DNA from: an uncultured Gemmatimonadaceae bacterium
Lineage (GTDB): Bacteria; Gemmatimonadota; Gemmatimonadetes; Gemmatimonadales; Gemmatimonadaceae
DNA: 64,000 bases
Assembly: GCA_963716745.1 (NCBI GenBank)
Contig: OY970320.1
Coordinates: 1,920,001 to 1,984,000 of the forward strand
Direction of reading: 5' to 3'
Shown here piece by piece: positions 32,544-42,290 of this stretch (the stretch's first letter is position 1; the number at the start of each line of letters is the position of its first letter). The notes below the pieces were generated by a model that was given only the letters and a program-made list of their open reading frames with translations, was not told the DNA's origin and made no database searches. The position numbers were made by a program, and so were the translations under genes.

Positions 32544-32812
32544 GGGTCGCGTGCCGGCGCGGCGATTCCTGAGAGAACTCTAACGCGACATCCGGGAACG
32601 GTGGTCGTCATCCCCCTGTGGATCACGGCAGACGCGCGTCGGCTCCCGGAGCCGAAGTGCGGCACAGCACTCGACGACGCGCCACCCGCGTTGCGCCACG
32701 TCCAAGCGAAATAGATGTCGGTGTGGCGCGCTGGACATTGGCAGGGGTGTACGCGAGTATCGAAGTTCAGCACGTTCTCACCCACTCCACCCGCCGGCGA
32801 GAGGAGACTGAG

Positions 32813-34069
32813 ATGAAACGCGTGATCGTCATCGTGCTCGCCGTGTTCGCACTCGCGACGATGTCCGCCGGAGCGCAGAGCAAGGACAAGACACCGAGGC
32901 GACCGGGACTGCCCGCCGGGGCGGATACTAACGATGCGTCAGCATACTGGCGCCTCGGGGTCTCGAAATTGGTCGAGGATCCCTACAAGGCATCCGACGC
33001 GTTCTACTGGGCGACCCAGATCAATCCTACGTGGGCGGACGGGTACTACGGTGAGTGGGTAGCCGAGTGGCTGCAGAATCCGAGCGATCTGTTCGCGATG
33101 GAGGAGGGCGACGAGGGATCCAAGGGCATCGAGAAGGCCGCGCACATCGACTCTCTCCGGCTGAAAGCGCTCACGCTCAATCCATTCCTCTACGAGCGGC
33201 TCGAGCGAACGATGATCGAGCAAATGTTCTCAAGCCGATTCTCGGGTGCTCAGCGCGGCGAAGTCGAGGTGGCGATGCAGCAGGTCTGGAACAGGGGCCC
33301 AATGATGCGCGCGGTCAGTGCGTACACCCGCGGCATGTTCCACATCGCGCTCGCGAACTATGACACGGTGCTTTCCGAGATCGAGAGGGATGGCAGGGAC
33401 GATACGAAGAAGAAGGATGCGGATCTCCGCGCGTCAAGGCGCGCGTACGCCATCGCGACCATCGATCTCGACCGTGGGCGCATCTTCTATCTCGCGGGCA
33501 ATTTCGAGAGCGCCGCGGTGGAACTGCAGCAGGCGGCGCTCGGCAAGGAAGTGTCGGAGAAGAAGCGGGTGGTGCGCGTCTATGAATCCAAGGCGATCAT
33601 CCAACAGTCACTCGGACTGACATTCGAACAACTGCACAAGCCGGACTCCGCGCGCGAGGCCTACGGACGCGCGCTGGAAGAAGATCTATCGTACGCGCCG
33701 GCGCATCTCGCCATGAGCGGGCTCGCACTCGCGAAGGGGGACACCACGCAGGCCCTCAGCGAACTCGATCTCGCGGCGCAGATGTCGCCGAACGATCCGG
33801 CCACCGCGTTCTTCTACGGACGGGCGCTCATCCTCTCCGGGCATGACAAGGAAGCGATGGAGCAACTCCAGCGGTCCGTGAAACTGGCCCCGCATTTCGC
33901 CGCGCCACACGCGCTGCTCGCGTTCATCTACGATGGAGCAGAGTACCAGGATGAAGCGCGCGCGGAGTACCAGGCGTACCTGGGCCTGACTGTGCCGAAC
34001 GACCAATACGTCGCAAAGGCGAAGGAGCGCATGATCGCCCTCGCTCCGAAGGACTCCACCAAACCATGA
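32813..34069 (+). CDS. Secreted TPR-repeat protein (paralog 2)
   Basis: GGAG RBS, signal peptide, TPR repeats; shares AGADTNDA.AY, AFYWA and YESKA motifs with paralog 1. Confidence 0.85.
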   Translation: MKRVIVIVLAVFALATMSAGAQSKDKTPRRPGLPAGADTNDASAYWRLGVSKLVEDPYKASDAFYWATQINPTWADGYYGEWVAEWLQNPSDLFAMEEGDEGSKGIEKAAHIDSLRLKALTLNPFLYERLERTMIEQMFSSRFSGAQRGEVEVAMQQVWNRGPMMRAVSAYTRGMFHIALANYDTVLSEIERDGRDDTKKKDADLRASRRAYAIATIDLDRGRIFYLAGNFESAAVELQQAALGKEVSEKKRVVRVYESKAIIQQSLGLTFEQLHKPDSAREAYGRALEEDLSYAPAHLAMSGLALAKGDTTQALSELDLAAQMSPNDPATAFFYGRALILSGHDKEAMEQLQRSVKLAPHFAAPHALLAFIYDGAEYQDEARAEYQAYLGLTVPNDQYVAKAKERMIALAPKDSTKP

Positions 34070-35679
34070 CCCACAACTCGCTGCGAGGATCAGCGCTTGC
34101 GCTGGTTGCGATGGCCGGCGTCGCAATGGCGCAGACCGCTCCTGACAGTGCGGCGAAGCCGACGCGGCCGCGCACAGCCTATGAGGACATGGCGATGTTC
34201 AGCCAGGTGCTCAATCAGATCCGGGTGAATCATCCGGACTCGATCGATCAGCACGAGTTGATCGCCGCCGCGGTCGAAGGCATGGTGCACGCCGCCGACC
34301 CGCACTCGTTCGTGGTGTGGTTCACGCCGATGTCCGCCGAGAAGGAGAGGGCGGCCCTCGATGGGAAGCTCTATCCCGTCCCGATCACGTTCGAGTTCAT
34401 CGAGGGAACCCCTATCGTGGTCGGCATCGCGCCGGGGACCGACGCGGCGCAACTGGACATTCTGCGCGGCGATGCGCTGATCTCGGCCGACGGCCGCGCG
34501 ATCACATCGGAGCGCGAGCAGGAGCTCGATCTCGAGCTCGGCGGCCCGAAGAAATCCATGGTAAAGCTGGTGTTCGAACGGCGGCGGGTCGACGGCACCG
34601 TCGCCACGCTCGAGCGCAGCGTGAAGCGGGAGCGGCCCGACAAGGAGGAGACCTCCGTGCCGGTCGGATTCATGCTCGACGGGACGACCGGCTACATCCT
34701 GGTCAAGACGTTCATGGGCGAGAACATCTCCGACGATCTGCACCGCACGATCGGGCGGCTCCAGAATCACGGCATGCAGCGTCTGATCCTGGACCTCCGG
34801 CAGAATGGCGGCGGCCGGATCGACGAAGCGGCGAAGGTCGCCGGGGAATTCCTGCCGTCCGGCACGTTGGTGTATACGTCCGAAGGCAAGAAGGCGGCGG
34901 TCGCCGATACGGGTCGCGTGAGTCGTTCGTTCTGGAAGAGCGAAGAGCGATTCCCGATCGTGCTCATGGTCGATGGCGGGACGGCGAGCGCATCGGAGCT
35001 GGTCGCGGGCGCGCTCCAAGATCACGATCGTGCGCTGATCGTCGGTCAGCCGACGTTCGGCAAAGCGCTGATGATGCAGGGATTCCCGCTGGGCAACGGA
35101 TCCCAGTTCTATGGATACATCGAATTGGTGATCGGCCACGTGCGCACGCCATGCGGGCGCGTCGTGCAGCGGCAGTACCACGCGATGACGCGGCGCGAGT
35201 ACTACCGCATGGCGACTACGCAGCGCGACACCGCCGGGCGGCCGTCATGCAAGACGGATCACGGTCGAGTGGTGTACGGCGGCGGCGGCATTTATCCGGA
35301 CATCATCTTCGCGCCGCGACCGACGGTTCCGGCATGGGACTACCGGATACTCGAAGCCGATCTGCAGATCAAATGGATCCCGGGCTACATCTCCGCGAAT
35401 CCGTCGATCTTCCCGTCGCTCGACGCACTCGCGGCGAACCCTCACATGCCGGCCGCGGGGATCGCACAGTTCCGCGAGTTCGTCGCGAAGGAAGGCATCA
35501 CCGTGCCGCCGGGCGCGGAAGCCGACAGTTTGCTGAATCGCGTGCTCATCAAACGCGTCGGCGAAGTGAAATTCGGCGAGGAAGGATTCTACCGCATGGT
35601 CGCGCTCTTCGATGGCGATGTGAATCTCGCGGCGCAGTCCTTCGACAAGGCGCAACAGATCCTCGGCCCGGCGCACTGA
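34066..35679 (+). CDS. S41 carboxy-terminal processing protease (CtpA/Prc family)
   Basis: DPHS, PDZ-like region, LILDLRQNGGG, TASASE (Ser), TFGKAL (Lys), GGGIYPD. Confidence 0.92.
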   Translation: MTHNSLRGSALALVAMAGVAMAQTAPDSAAKPTRPRTAYEDMAMFSQVLNQIRVNHPDSIDQHELIAAAVEGMVHAADPHSFVVWFTPMSAEKERAALDGKLYPVPITFEFIEGTPIVVGIAPGTDAAQLDILRGDALISADGRAITSEREQELDLELGGPKKSMVKLVFERRRVDGTVATLERSVKRERPDKEETSVPVGFMLDGTTGYILVKTFMGENISDDLHRTIGRLQNHGMQRLILDLRQNGGGRIDEAAKVAGEFLPSGTLVYTSEGKKAAVADTGRVSRSFWKSEERFPIVLMVDGGTASASELVAGALQDHDRALIVGQPTFGKALMMQGFPLGNGSQFYGYIELVIGHVRTPCGRVVQRQYHAMTRREYYRMATTQRDTAGRPSCKTDHGRVVYGGGGIYPDIIFAPRPTVPAWDYRILEADLQIKWIPGYISANPSIFPSLDALAANPHMPAAGIAQFREFVAKEGITVPPGAEADSLLNRVLIKRVGEVKFGEEGFYRMVALFDGDVNLAAQSFDKAQQILGPAH

Positions 35680-35732
35680 GCGCCGGCGCCGGGCCGGTGG
35701 CGCGGGCACGGCGCGCGTTCTATCGTTGACGC

Positions 35733-36131
35733 ATGCCGAAGCCCGAACTGCTGGAGACATTCCCGAATCCCCACCCCAAGCGCGATTACGAGATCCGGCT
35801 CGAGTGCGACGAGTTCACATCGCTCTGTCCGGTGGGTGGCATCGAGAGCGATGCGGCGGAGCTGACGCTGCTGCAGGGCGGCGCGCCCGATTTCGGCACG
35901 ATCTACGTGACGTACATCCCGGGCAAGCTCTGCCTCGAGCTCAAGAGCGTGAAGCTATATTTCTGGAGCTTCCGCAACGACGGGATCTTCTACGAACGCG
36001 CGGTGAACCGGATCCTCGACGACCTCGTCGCTTGCGCGAAGCCGAAGTGGATGGAGATCGTCGGCGATTTCAACGTGCGCGGCGGCATCAAGTCCGTGAT
36101 CACCGCGCGCCACGGCACGAGGCCCAAGTAA
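35733..36131 (+). CDS. queF: preQ0 reductase QueF (type I) with a loop insertion
   Basis: LETFPNP, EFTSLCP...PDF, ELKSVKLYFWSFRN, VRGGI. Confidence 0.9.
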   Translation: MPKPELLETFPNPHPKRDYEIRLECDEFTSLCPVGGIESDAAELTLLQGGAPDFGTIYVTYIPGKLCLELKSVKLYFWSFRNDGIFYERAVNRILDDLVACAKPKWMEIVGDFNVRGGIKSVITARHGTRPK

Positions 36132-36135
36132 GACC

Positions 36136-36975
36136 CTACCGCACGGTGAACTGCCGGAACATCCCGTGCGCGGCATGCGACCGGCCGTCGTTCGCGTCGG
36201 GACTGAAACAGATGAGCGCGTATTCCCCTGGCGTGAGATCCAGGGTGACGAACGCGCGCTGGTCGGTGCGCATGGTGAACACGCCGCCCACGGGTTCGCC
36301 GGGCGGCGGTCCCTTCTGGGAGCCGAACCACGACACGTAATCGGCCGCCGATTTCCCGGGCGCGAGGCGCACCACCGTCACCTCGTGCGGCTGCGGCCCC
36401 GTGTTGAGGAACAGGAACGTGCGCCGCCCGCCGCCGATCGGCTTCGCGCTGGAATAGCCGAAGTCGTAGGCCGTGAGCGTGTCGGTCGCGACGGGCTCGA
36501 GCGCGGGCGGCCCGTGCGATGCGACCACGGTGAGCTCGCGATACTCCCCCTTCACCACGTGCGGGATGCCATCGGCGGCCTGCAGGAAGCACACGATCGC
36601 GTACGTCCCAGGCTCGAGCCGCATGGTGACCTCGGCGGTGCCCGCGATCGACGCGTTCACGCCGCCGGCCATGCTGACCCAATCGGGCGGCGGCCCGGCC
36701 TGCTTGAATCGATCCATGAATTGGTCGAACGTCCGGCCGCCGCCGATCCGAATGAGTGCGAGTTGGTGGAGTTCCGCCCCCTTGGTGACGAGGCGGAGCG
36801 TGGTGAGTCCAGCGGACACGGTGTCGGGCGCGTCGAAATGGTATGGCGACACGGTGACCGTCACGACCGGCGGAGCCGGTGCGCCGGAGGAGGACCGGTC
36901 CGCAGGCCGGCACGCGAAGGCGAACGGCCCGGCGAGCAGGAGTGTCCAAAGTGCGGCGCGCGGCCGGAGCGTCAT
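36136..36975 (-). CDS. Lipoprotein with two tandem cupredoxin-like domains
   Basis: FAFAC lipobox; two repeats of H...L.PG.YA..CF.....G..H...G(E/M). Confidence 0.72.
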   Translation of the reverse strand: MTLRPRAALWTLLLAGPFAFACRPADRSSSGAPAPPVVTVTVSPYHFDAPDTVSAGLTTLRLVTKGAELHQLALIRIGGGRTFDQFMDRFKQAGPPPDWVSMAGGVNASIAGTAEVTMRLEPGTYAIVCFLQAADGIPHVVKGEYRELTVVASHGPPALEPVATDTLTAYDFGYSSAKPIGGGRRTFLFLNTGPQPHEVTVVRLAPGKSAADYVSWFGSQKGPPPGEPVGGVFTMRTDQRAFVTLDLTPGEYALICFSPDANDGRSHAAHGMFRQFTVR

Positions 36976-36989
36976 GCGATGGGCCGGAG

Positions 36990-37018
36990 TTGAATGGAGT
37001 GCGGACGCGGGTTAGCAT
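36990..37018 (+). promoter_or_regulatory. tRNA-Phe sigma70 promoter
   Basis: TTGAAT-N17-TAGCAT just upstream of the tRNA. Confidence 0.55.
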
Positions 37019-37035
37019 TCACTGCTGCAATGTGC

Positions 37036-37108
<73 letters not shown>

Positions 37109-37120
37109 CTGGACCCGGTT

Positions 37121-37156
37121 CACGGCCCGCCGCTCCGCCCGGAGCGGCGGGCCGTG
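37121..37156 (+). terminator. Hairpin after tRNA-Phe
   Basis: Perfect 16-bp stem CACGGCCCGCCGCTCC / GGAGCGGCGGGCCGTG; no U-tract. Confidence 0.6.
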
Positions 37157-37223
37157 CCGCGTTCGGCGGCGAGTCGCGCGCCTGAGTAGATTTAGGGCCC
37201 ACCCTTCATGCGCGGAGCGCCGG

Positions 37224-37463
37224 ATGATCAACGGGTTCGAGTTCGAAGATAGCGGGCGGAAGTATACGTGCACCGTTGAGCAGCGCGAGGCGGCCGCGAG
37301 CAATGCGTGGTGGTGGTTCGGCGTCACGTCCGACCGGCAGCGCTACGCGCCCTTCCGCGCGGTGTCGGGCGACACCCGGACCTCCGTCCAGACGCGGATC
37401 CTGGAGTACTATGGCGCGGTGCTCGCGCGGCGCGCGATGCATCTGCCCTATCGCCCGAAATAG
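37224..37463 (+). CDS. Small hypothetical protein
   Basis: GGAG RBS; globular-looking 79-aa sequence (FEFEDSGRKYTC...WWWF...RYAPF); followed by a terminator. Confidence 0.7.
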   Translation: MINGFEFEDSGRKYTCTVEQREAAASNAWWWFGVTSDRQRYAPFRAVSGDTRTSVQTRILEYYGAVLARRAMHLPYRPK

Positions 37464-37490
37464 TCCGGGCGCTTAGTACGGTTCGAGCCG

Positions 37491-37520
37491 GACGGCGGGG
37501 CGAAAGCCCCGCCGTTCTTG
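37491..37520 (+). terminator. Intrinsic terminator
   Basis: GACGGCGGGGC-GAAA-GCCCCGCCGTT followed by CTTGT. Confidence 0.75.
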
Positions 37521-37577
37521 TATCCGGGGCTCTCGTGCGCCATCCTCTCTGCACGACGCCCCCACTCGAGGACCGCT

Positions 37578-39656
37578 GTGAGCCCGGATGATCCGTTGAA
37601 CGTTGCACCCGACACGATCTCCCGCCGGTCATTCCTCGAACGCAGCGCGCTCCTTGGCGCCGGACTGAGTGTCGCACGATCCGGCGCGCTTCCTGTCGCC
37701 GAGTTGCTCGAGCGGACCGCCGCCACGCCGCTCGCCGCCTCGTATTCGTATCGCGAGGGGCGCATCACGCTCAGCAACGCCGACATCAGAGCATCGTGGG
37801 ATCTGAACGGCGGCGCGTTCGTCGCGCAGCGGATCGACGACCGGCTGTCCGGCGTCACGTTCACGCCCGCGCCCGGCGTTTTCACGCTCCTGCTCGATGG
37901 CGGCGGCCAACTCGGCGCGGAGTCGATGCGGATCGTCGCCGGACCGCGTGCGGAGCGCCTCGTCGCACATGCGGGCTCGTCGCGCCTCGTCGAGCGATCC
38001 GGCGGATGGCACGTGTCGGTCACGCTGCGGGATGCCGATGAGCGCATCGAAGCGACGTGGCGCGGCGTGTTGCGGGACGGCTCGCGCTATGTGCGACAGG
38101 AAGTGACGTTCAGCGCGCTGCGCGAGCCCCTGGCGGTTCGGGAGATCGTGCTCGTGGACATCACAATGCCGCACGCCGCGGTCGTGGGCACGGTGAAGGG
38201 GAGTCCGGTCGTGGCGGGCGGCGCGTACGCGGCCTTCGAACATCCACTCTCCACGAGCACCGTGGATGGCGACCGCGTGCGCTGTTCGCTCACGCGCGAA
38301 CTCCCGCTGCGGCCTGGGGCATCCTTCGCGGTGAGCGCCGTGGCCGGTGTGACCCGCCCGGGACAATTGCGGCGCGATTTCCTCGGCTACATCGAGCGCG
38401 AACGCGCTCATCCGTACCGCACGTTCCTCCATTACAACTCGTGGTACGACATCGGGTACTTCTCGAAATACGATGAGGCCGACGCGCTTGCCGTGATCGC
38501 GGCGTACGGCACCGAGCTTCAACAGCGCCGCAAAGTGGTGCTCAGCTCATTCCTCTTCGACGACGGCTGGGACGACGCCGCATCGCTCTGGGGATTCCAT
38601 AGCGGATTCCCGCAGGGATTCGCTCGCGTGCGCGATGCCACCGCGCGGTATGGCGCGGCGCCCGGCGTGTGGCTGTCGCCATGGGGCGGCTACGGCGATC
38701 CGAAGAAGGCGCGGATCGCGAGCGGCAGCGCGCAGGGCTTCGAGACGAACGAAGGTGGGTTCCAGTTGTCCGGCCCCAAGTACTACCAGCGGTTCCGCGA
38801 CACCTGCCTCGACATGATCCGCCGCTACGGCGTGAACCAATTCAAGATCGACGGGACGGGGAACGCCGCGAGCGCATTCCCGGGCAGCGTGTTCGACAGC
38901 GATTTCGACGCCGCCATCGCGCTCATCGGAGAGTTGCGCGCGGAGGAGCCCGATCTGTTCGTGAACCTGACCACGGGCACGTACCCATCTCCTTTCTGGC
39001 TCCGCTACTCCGACAGCATCTGGCGCGGCGGCGAGGACCACGAGTTCGCGGGCGTCGGATCAATGCGCCAGCGATGGATCACCTACCGCGATGCGGATAC
39101 ATACGCCGGGATCGTGCAGAGCGGGCCGCTCTATCCGCTGAACTCGCTCATGCTGCACGGCATGATCTACGCGAAGCATGCGCACTGCCTCGACAGCGAC
39201 CCGGAGAACGATTTCCGCGACGAAGCGCGTTCGTACTTCGGCACCGGCACGCAGCTGCAGGAGATGTACATCACGCCTTCGCTCTTGAGCGACGCGAATT
39301 GGGATACGATCGCCGAATGCGCCCGTTGGTCGCGGGCGCACGCGGGCACGCTCGTGGATTCGCACTGGGTGGGCGGCGACCCCGGGAAGCTCGAGGCGTA
39401 CGGGTGGGCGGCATGGTCGCCCGGCGGGGCGACGCTCACACTGCGAAATCCCGCCGATGAACCCCGGAAGATCGCGATCGACGCGGGCACCGCGTTCGAA
39501 CTCCCGGAGGACGCGCCGCGGTCGTACACTCTGCGCAGTCCGTGGCGCTCCGAAGTGGAGCGACCACCGGTCCGCCTGCGCGCCGGCGCGCCGCACGAGT
39601 TCACGCTCGCACCATTCCAAGTGTTGACGCTCGCGACCGCTACCCGGAGTCCGTGA
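37578..39656 (+). CDS. Tat-exported TIM-barrel glycoside hydrolase-like protein (TieB/SenB 'enterotoxin'-annotated, GH36/27-like)
   Basis: SRRSFL Tat motif; LHYNSWYD, FLFDDGWD, GVWLSPWGGY, QFKIDG motifs of GH-D-like barrels. Confidence 0.75.
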   Translation: MSPDDPLNVAPDTISRRSFLERSALLGAGLSVARSGALPVAELLERTAATPLAASYSYREGRITLSNADIRASWDLNGGAFVAQRIDDRLSGVTFTPAPGVFTLLLDGGGQLGAESMRIVAGPRAERLVAHAGSSRLVERSGGWHVSVTLRDADERIEATWRGVLRDGSRYVRQEVTFSALREPLAVREIVLVDITMPHAAVVGTVKGSPVVAGGAYAAFEHPLSTSTVDGDRVRCSLTRELPLRPGASFAVSAVAGVTRPGQLRRDFLGYIERERAHPYRTFLHYNSWYDIGYFSKYDEADALAVIAAYGTELQQRRKVVLSSFLFDDGWDDAASLWGFHSGFPQGFARVRDATARYGAAPGVWLSPWGGYGDPKKARIASGSAQGFETNEGGFQLSGPKYYQRFRDTCLDMIRRYGVNQFKIDGTGNAASAFPGSVFDSDFDAAIALIGELRAEEPDLFVNLTTGTYPSPFWLRYSDSIWRGGEDHEFAGVGSMRQRWITYRDADTYAGIVQSGPLYPLNSLMLHGMIYAKHAHCLDSDPENDFRDEARSYFGTGTQLQEMYITPSLLSDANWDTIAECARWSRAHAGTLVDSHWVGGDPGKLEAYGWAAWSPGGATLTLRNPADEPRKIAIDAGTAFELPEDAPRSYTLRSPWRSEVERPPVRLRAGAPHEFTLAPFQVLTLATATRSP

Positions 39657-41440
39657 TGAGTCTCACGACGCTCGATCTCGCGATCATCTTCGGTTCGATC
39701 CTCATCTCCTTCCTGCCCGCGATCTTCCTCGTGAAGCGCGCCAGCCGGAGCACCACCGAGTTCTTCACTTCGGGGCGCGCGGCGCCGTGGTGGCTCATCG
39801 GCGTCTCCATGGTCGCGACGACGTTCAGCACCGACACGCCGAACCTCGTCACGAACATGGTGCGCGAGAAAGGCGTCTCGGACAACTGGCTCTGGTGGTC
39901 GTTCCTGCTCACCGGGATGCTCACGGTGTTCTTCTACGCGCGCATGTGGCGCCGCTCCGGTGTGATGACGGACCTCGAGTTCTACGAGATCCGCTACTCC
40001 GGCAAGCCGGCCACGTTCGTACGCGGGTTCCGCGCGATCTACCTCGGACTCTTCTTCAACTGCGTCATCATGGCGACGGTGAATCTCGCCGCCGCCAAGA
40101 TCGGCAACGTCGTGCTCGGCTGGTCGATGGAACGCACGCTCCTCTTCGCCGCCACGATCACGATCTTCTTCGCGTCGGTGTCGGGACTGTGGGGCGTGAT
40201 GGTCACCGACTCCATCCAGTTCCTCATCACGATGACCGGCACCTTCGCCGTCGCGTACTTCGCACTGCAGCAGCCGGCCGTGGGCGGATTGAGCGGGCTC
40301 ATCCAGAAGATCGACCCCAAGACACTGTCGCTCCTGCCCGACTTCGGCGATTGGCCCACAGCGCTCGCGGTGCTGATCATCCCGATCACCATCCAATGGT
40401 GGTCGGTGTGGTATCCCGGCGCGGAACCCGGCGGCGGCAGTTACATCGCGCAGCGCATGCTCGCGGCCAAGAGCGAGAAGGATGCGCTCTCGGGCACGCT
40501 CTTCTTCAATTTCATGCACTACGCGCTGCGCCCGTGGCCATGGATCCTCGTGGCACTCGCCTCGACGCTCATCTTCCCGACGCTCGGCGACATCGCGCAC
40601 GCGTACCCGTACGTCGATCCCAAATTGATCGGGAACGACATGGCGTATCCCGCGATGTTGCGCTTCCTGCCGGCCGGATTCCTCGGCCTCATGATCGCGG
40701 GAATGCTCGCCGCGTACCGCTCGACGATCGAGACGCACCTCAATTGGGGCGCGTCATACCTCGTGCATGACTTCTACCAACGGTTCATCAAGAAGGACGC
40801 GAGCCAGCGGCACTACGTGTGGGCCGGCCGCATCGTGACGGCGCTGCTCATGATCGCCGCCGCGTCGCTCACCTTCGCGCTCGACACGGCCAAGGAGAGC
40901 TTCGATCTCATCCTCGGCATCGGCGCGGGCACCGGGCTCATCTATCTGCTGCGCTGGTTCTGGTGGCGCATCAACGCGTGGAGCGAGGTCGCTGCGATGG
41001 CGAGCTCGTTCATCGTCGCGGTCGGTTTCTTCATCGCGCGCAAGATGGGGCATCCGGTGGCATCCACCACGTCGCTCATCATCACAGTGGCGAGCACGAC
41101 CGTGATCTGGGTTGCGGTCGCGTTCCTCACGGAACCGACGGACCACGGCACGCTCGTGGATTTCTACAAGCGCGTGCGGCCGGCCGGCCCGGGTTGGAAC
41201 GCGATCCGCGCCGAGTCGGGCGTGCTGGCGTCGCCCGACAGCCTGGCGCAGGCGCTGCTCGGATGGGTGCTCGGCTGCACACTCATTTATTCCGCGCTCT
41301 TCGGCACGGGGAGTTTCCTCTACGGCCGCACGGCGCAGGGGTCGATGTTCCTCGCGGTGTTCGTGGTGAGCGCCGCCGGACTGATCCGGCTCTTCCCGCG
41401 GCTCTGGCCGGCGGGCGCGGCCACTCCGTCAGAGGGCTGA
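39656..41440 (+). CDS. Sodium:solute symporter (SSS) family
   Basis: FFTSGR.APWW.IGVSMVAT, GLWGV..TD, QRMLAAK; about 13-14 TM helices. Confidence 0.92.
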   Translation: MSLTTLDLAIIFGSILISFLPAIFLVKRASRSTTEFFTSGRAAPWWLIGVSMVATTFSTDTPNLVTNMVREKGVSDNWLWWSFLLTGMLTVFFYARMWRRSGVMTDLEFYEIRYSGKPATFVRGFRAIYLGLFFNCVIMATVNLAAAKIGNVVLGWSMERTLLFAATITIFFASVSGLWGVMVTDSIQFLITMTGTFAVAYFALQQPAVGGLSGLIQKIDPKTLSLLPDFGDWPTALAVLIIPITIQWWSVWYPGAEPGGGSYIAQRMLAAKSEKDALSGTLFFNFMHYALRPWPWILVALASTLIFPTLGDIAHAYPYVDPKLIGNDMAYPAMLRFLPAGFLGLMIAGMLAAYRSTIETHLNWGASYLVHDFYQRFIKKDASQRHYVWAGRIVTALLMIAAASLTFALDTAKESFDLILGIGAGTGLIYLLRWFWWRINAWSEVAAMASSFIVAVGFFIARKMGHPVASTTSLIITVASTTVIWVAVAFLTEPTDHGTLVDFYKRVRPAGPGWNAIRAESGVLASPDSLAQALLGWVLGCTLIYSALFGTGSFLYGRTAQGSMFLAVFVVSAAGLIRLFPRLWPAGAATPSEG

Positions 41441-41450
41441 GCGCGGCGTA

Positions 41451-42290
41451 ATGACACCCGCACTCGTCGTGCTCGCCGCGGGAATGGGCAGGCGTTTCGG
41501 AGGCGACAAGCAAACGGTGCCGATCGGCCCCGGCGGCGCCACGCTCATGGAGTACGCACTGTTCGACGCGCTGCGCGCCGGGTTCGGTCGCGTGGTGGTG
41601 GTCGTGCGCGCTGAGATGCGGGACGCGACACAGGCTTCGCTCGAAGCGCGGCTGCGCGGGCGCGTTCCCGTCGTGTGCGTCGTGCAGAAATCGGATCGCG
41701 ACCGCACCAAACCGTGGGGCACGGCGCACGCCGTGCTCGCGGCCGCCGGCGAAGTGCGGGAGCCATTCGCAGTGGTGAACGCCGATGATTTCTACGGCCG
41801 GGAGTCGTTCGCGGCAGTCGGCGGTTTCCTCGCTGCGCCGGAATCGCCCGGGGCTCCCGCCTACGTGATCGCTGGATTCCACGCGGGCGCCACGCTCAGC
41901 GACGCCGGACCGGTGAGTCGCGCGGTGTGCGAGACTGATGCGGATGGCTGGCTGGTGCGCATCACGGAGAGAACGGAGCTCGTTCGCGGCGACGTTCCGG
42001 ACGACACGCTCGTTTCGATGAACTTCTGGGGGTTCACGCCGGCCGTGTTCGCGCAGCTCGAACCCATGTTCGACACGTTCCGCCGCGAGCCGGGAATGAA
42101 TCGCTCGAAGGAATTCCTGCTCCCGGACGCGCTCGGTCGGCTCGTAGCGGCGCGCACCGCACGCGTGCGCGTGCTGCCCACGGGCGGCGAGTGGTGCGGC
42201 GTGACCTACCCGGCCGATGCGCCCCATGTTGCCGAGCATCTTGCGGCGCTCACCGCGAGCGGAGTGTACCCGCTGGACCTGTGGGAGTGA
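41451..42290 (+). CDS. Sugar-phosphate nucleotidyltransferase
   Basis: LAAGMGRRFGG.KQ, RTKPWGTAHA, NADDFYG, VSMNFWGF, WCGVTY. Confidence 0.88.
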   Translation: MTPALVVLAAGMGRRFGGDKQTVPIGPGGATLMEYALFDALRAGFGRVVVVVRAEMRDATQASLEARLRGRVPVVCVVQKSDRDRTKPWGTAHAVLAAAGEVREPFAVVNADDFYGRESFAAVGGFLAAPESPGAPAYVIAGFHAGATLSDAGPVSRAVCETDADGWLVRITERTELVRGDVPDDTLVSMNFWGFTPAVFAQLEPMFDTFRREPGMNRSKEFLLPDALGRLVAARTARVRVLPTGGEWCGVTYPADAPHVAEHLAALTASGVYPLDLWE

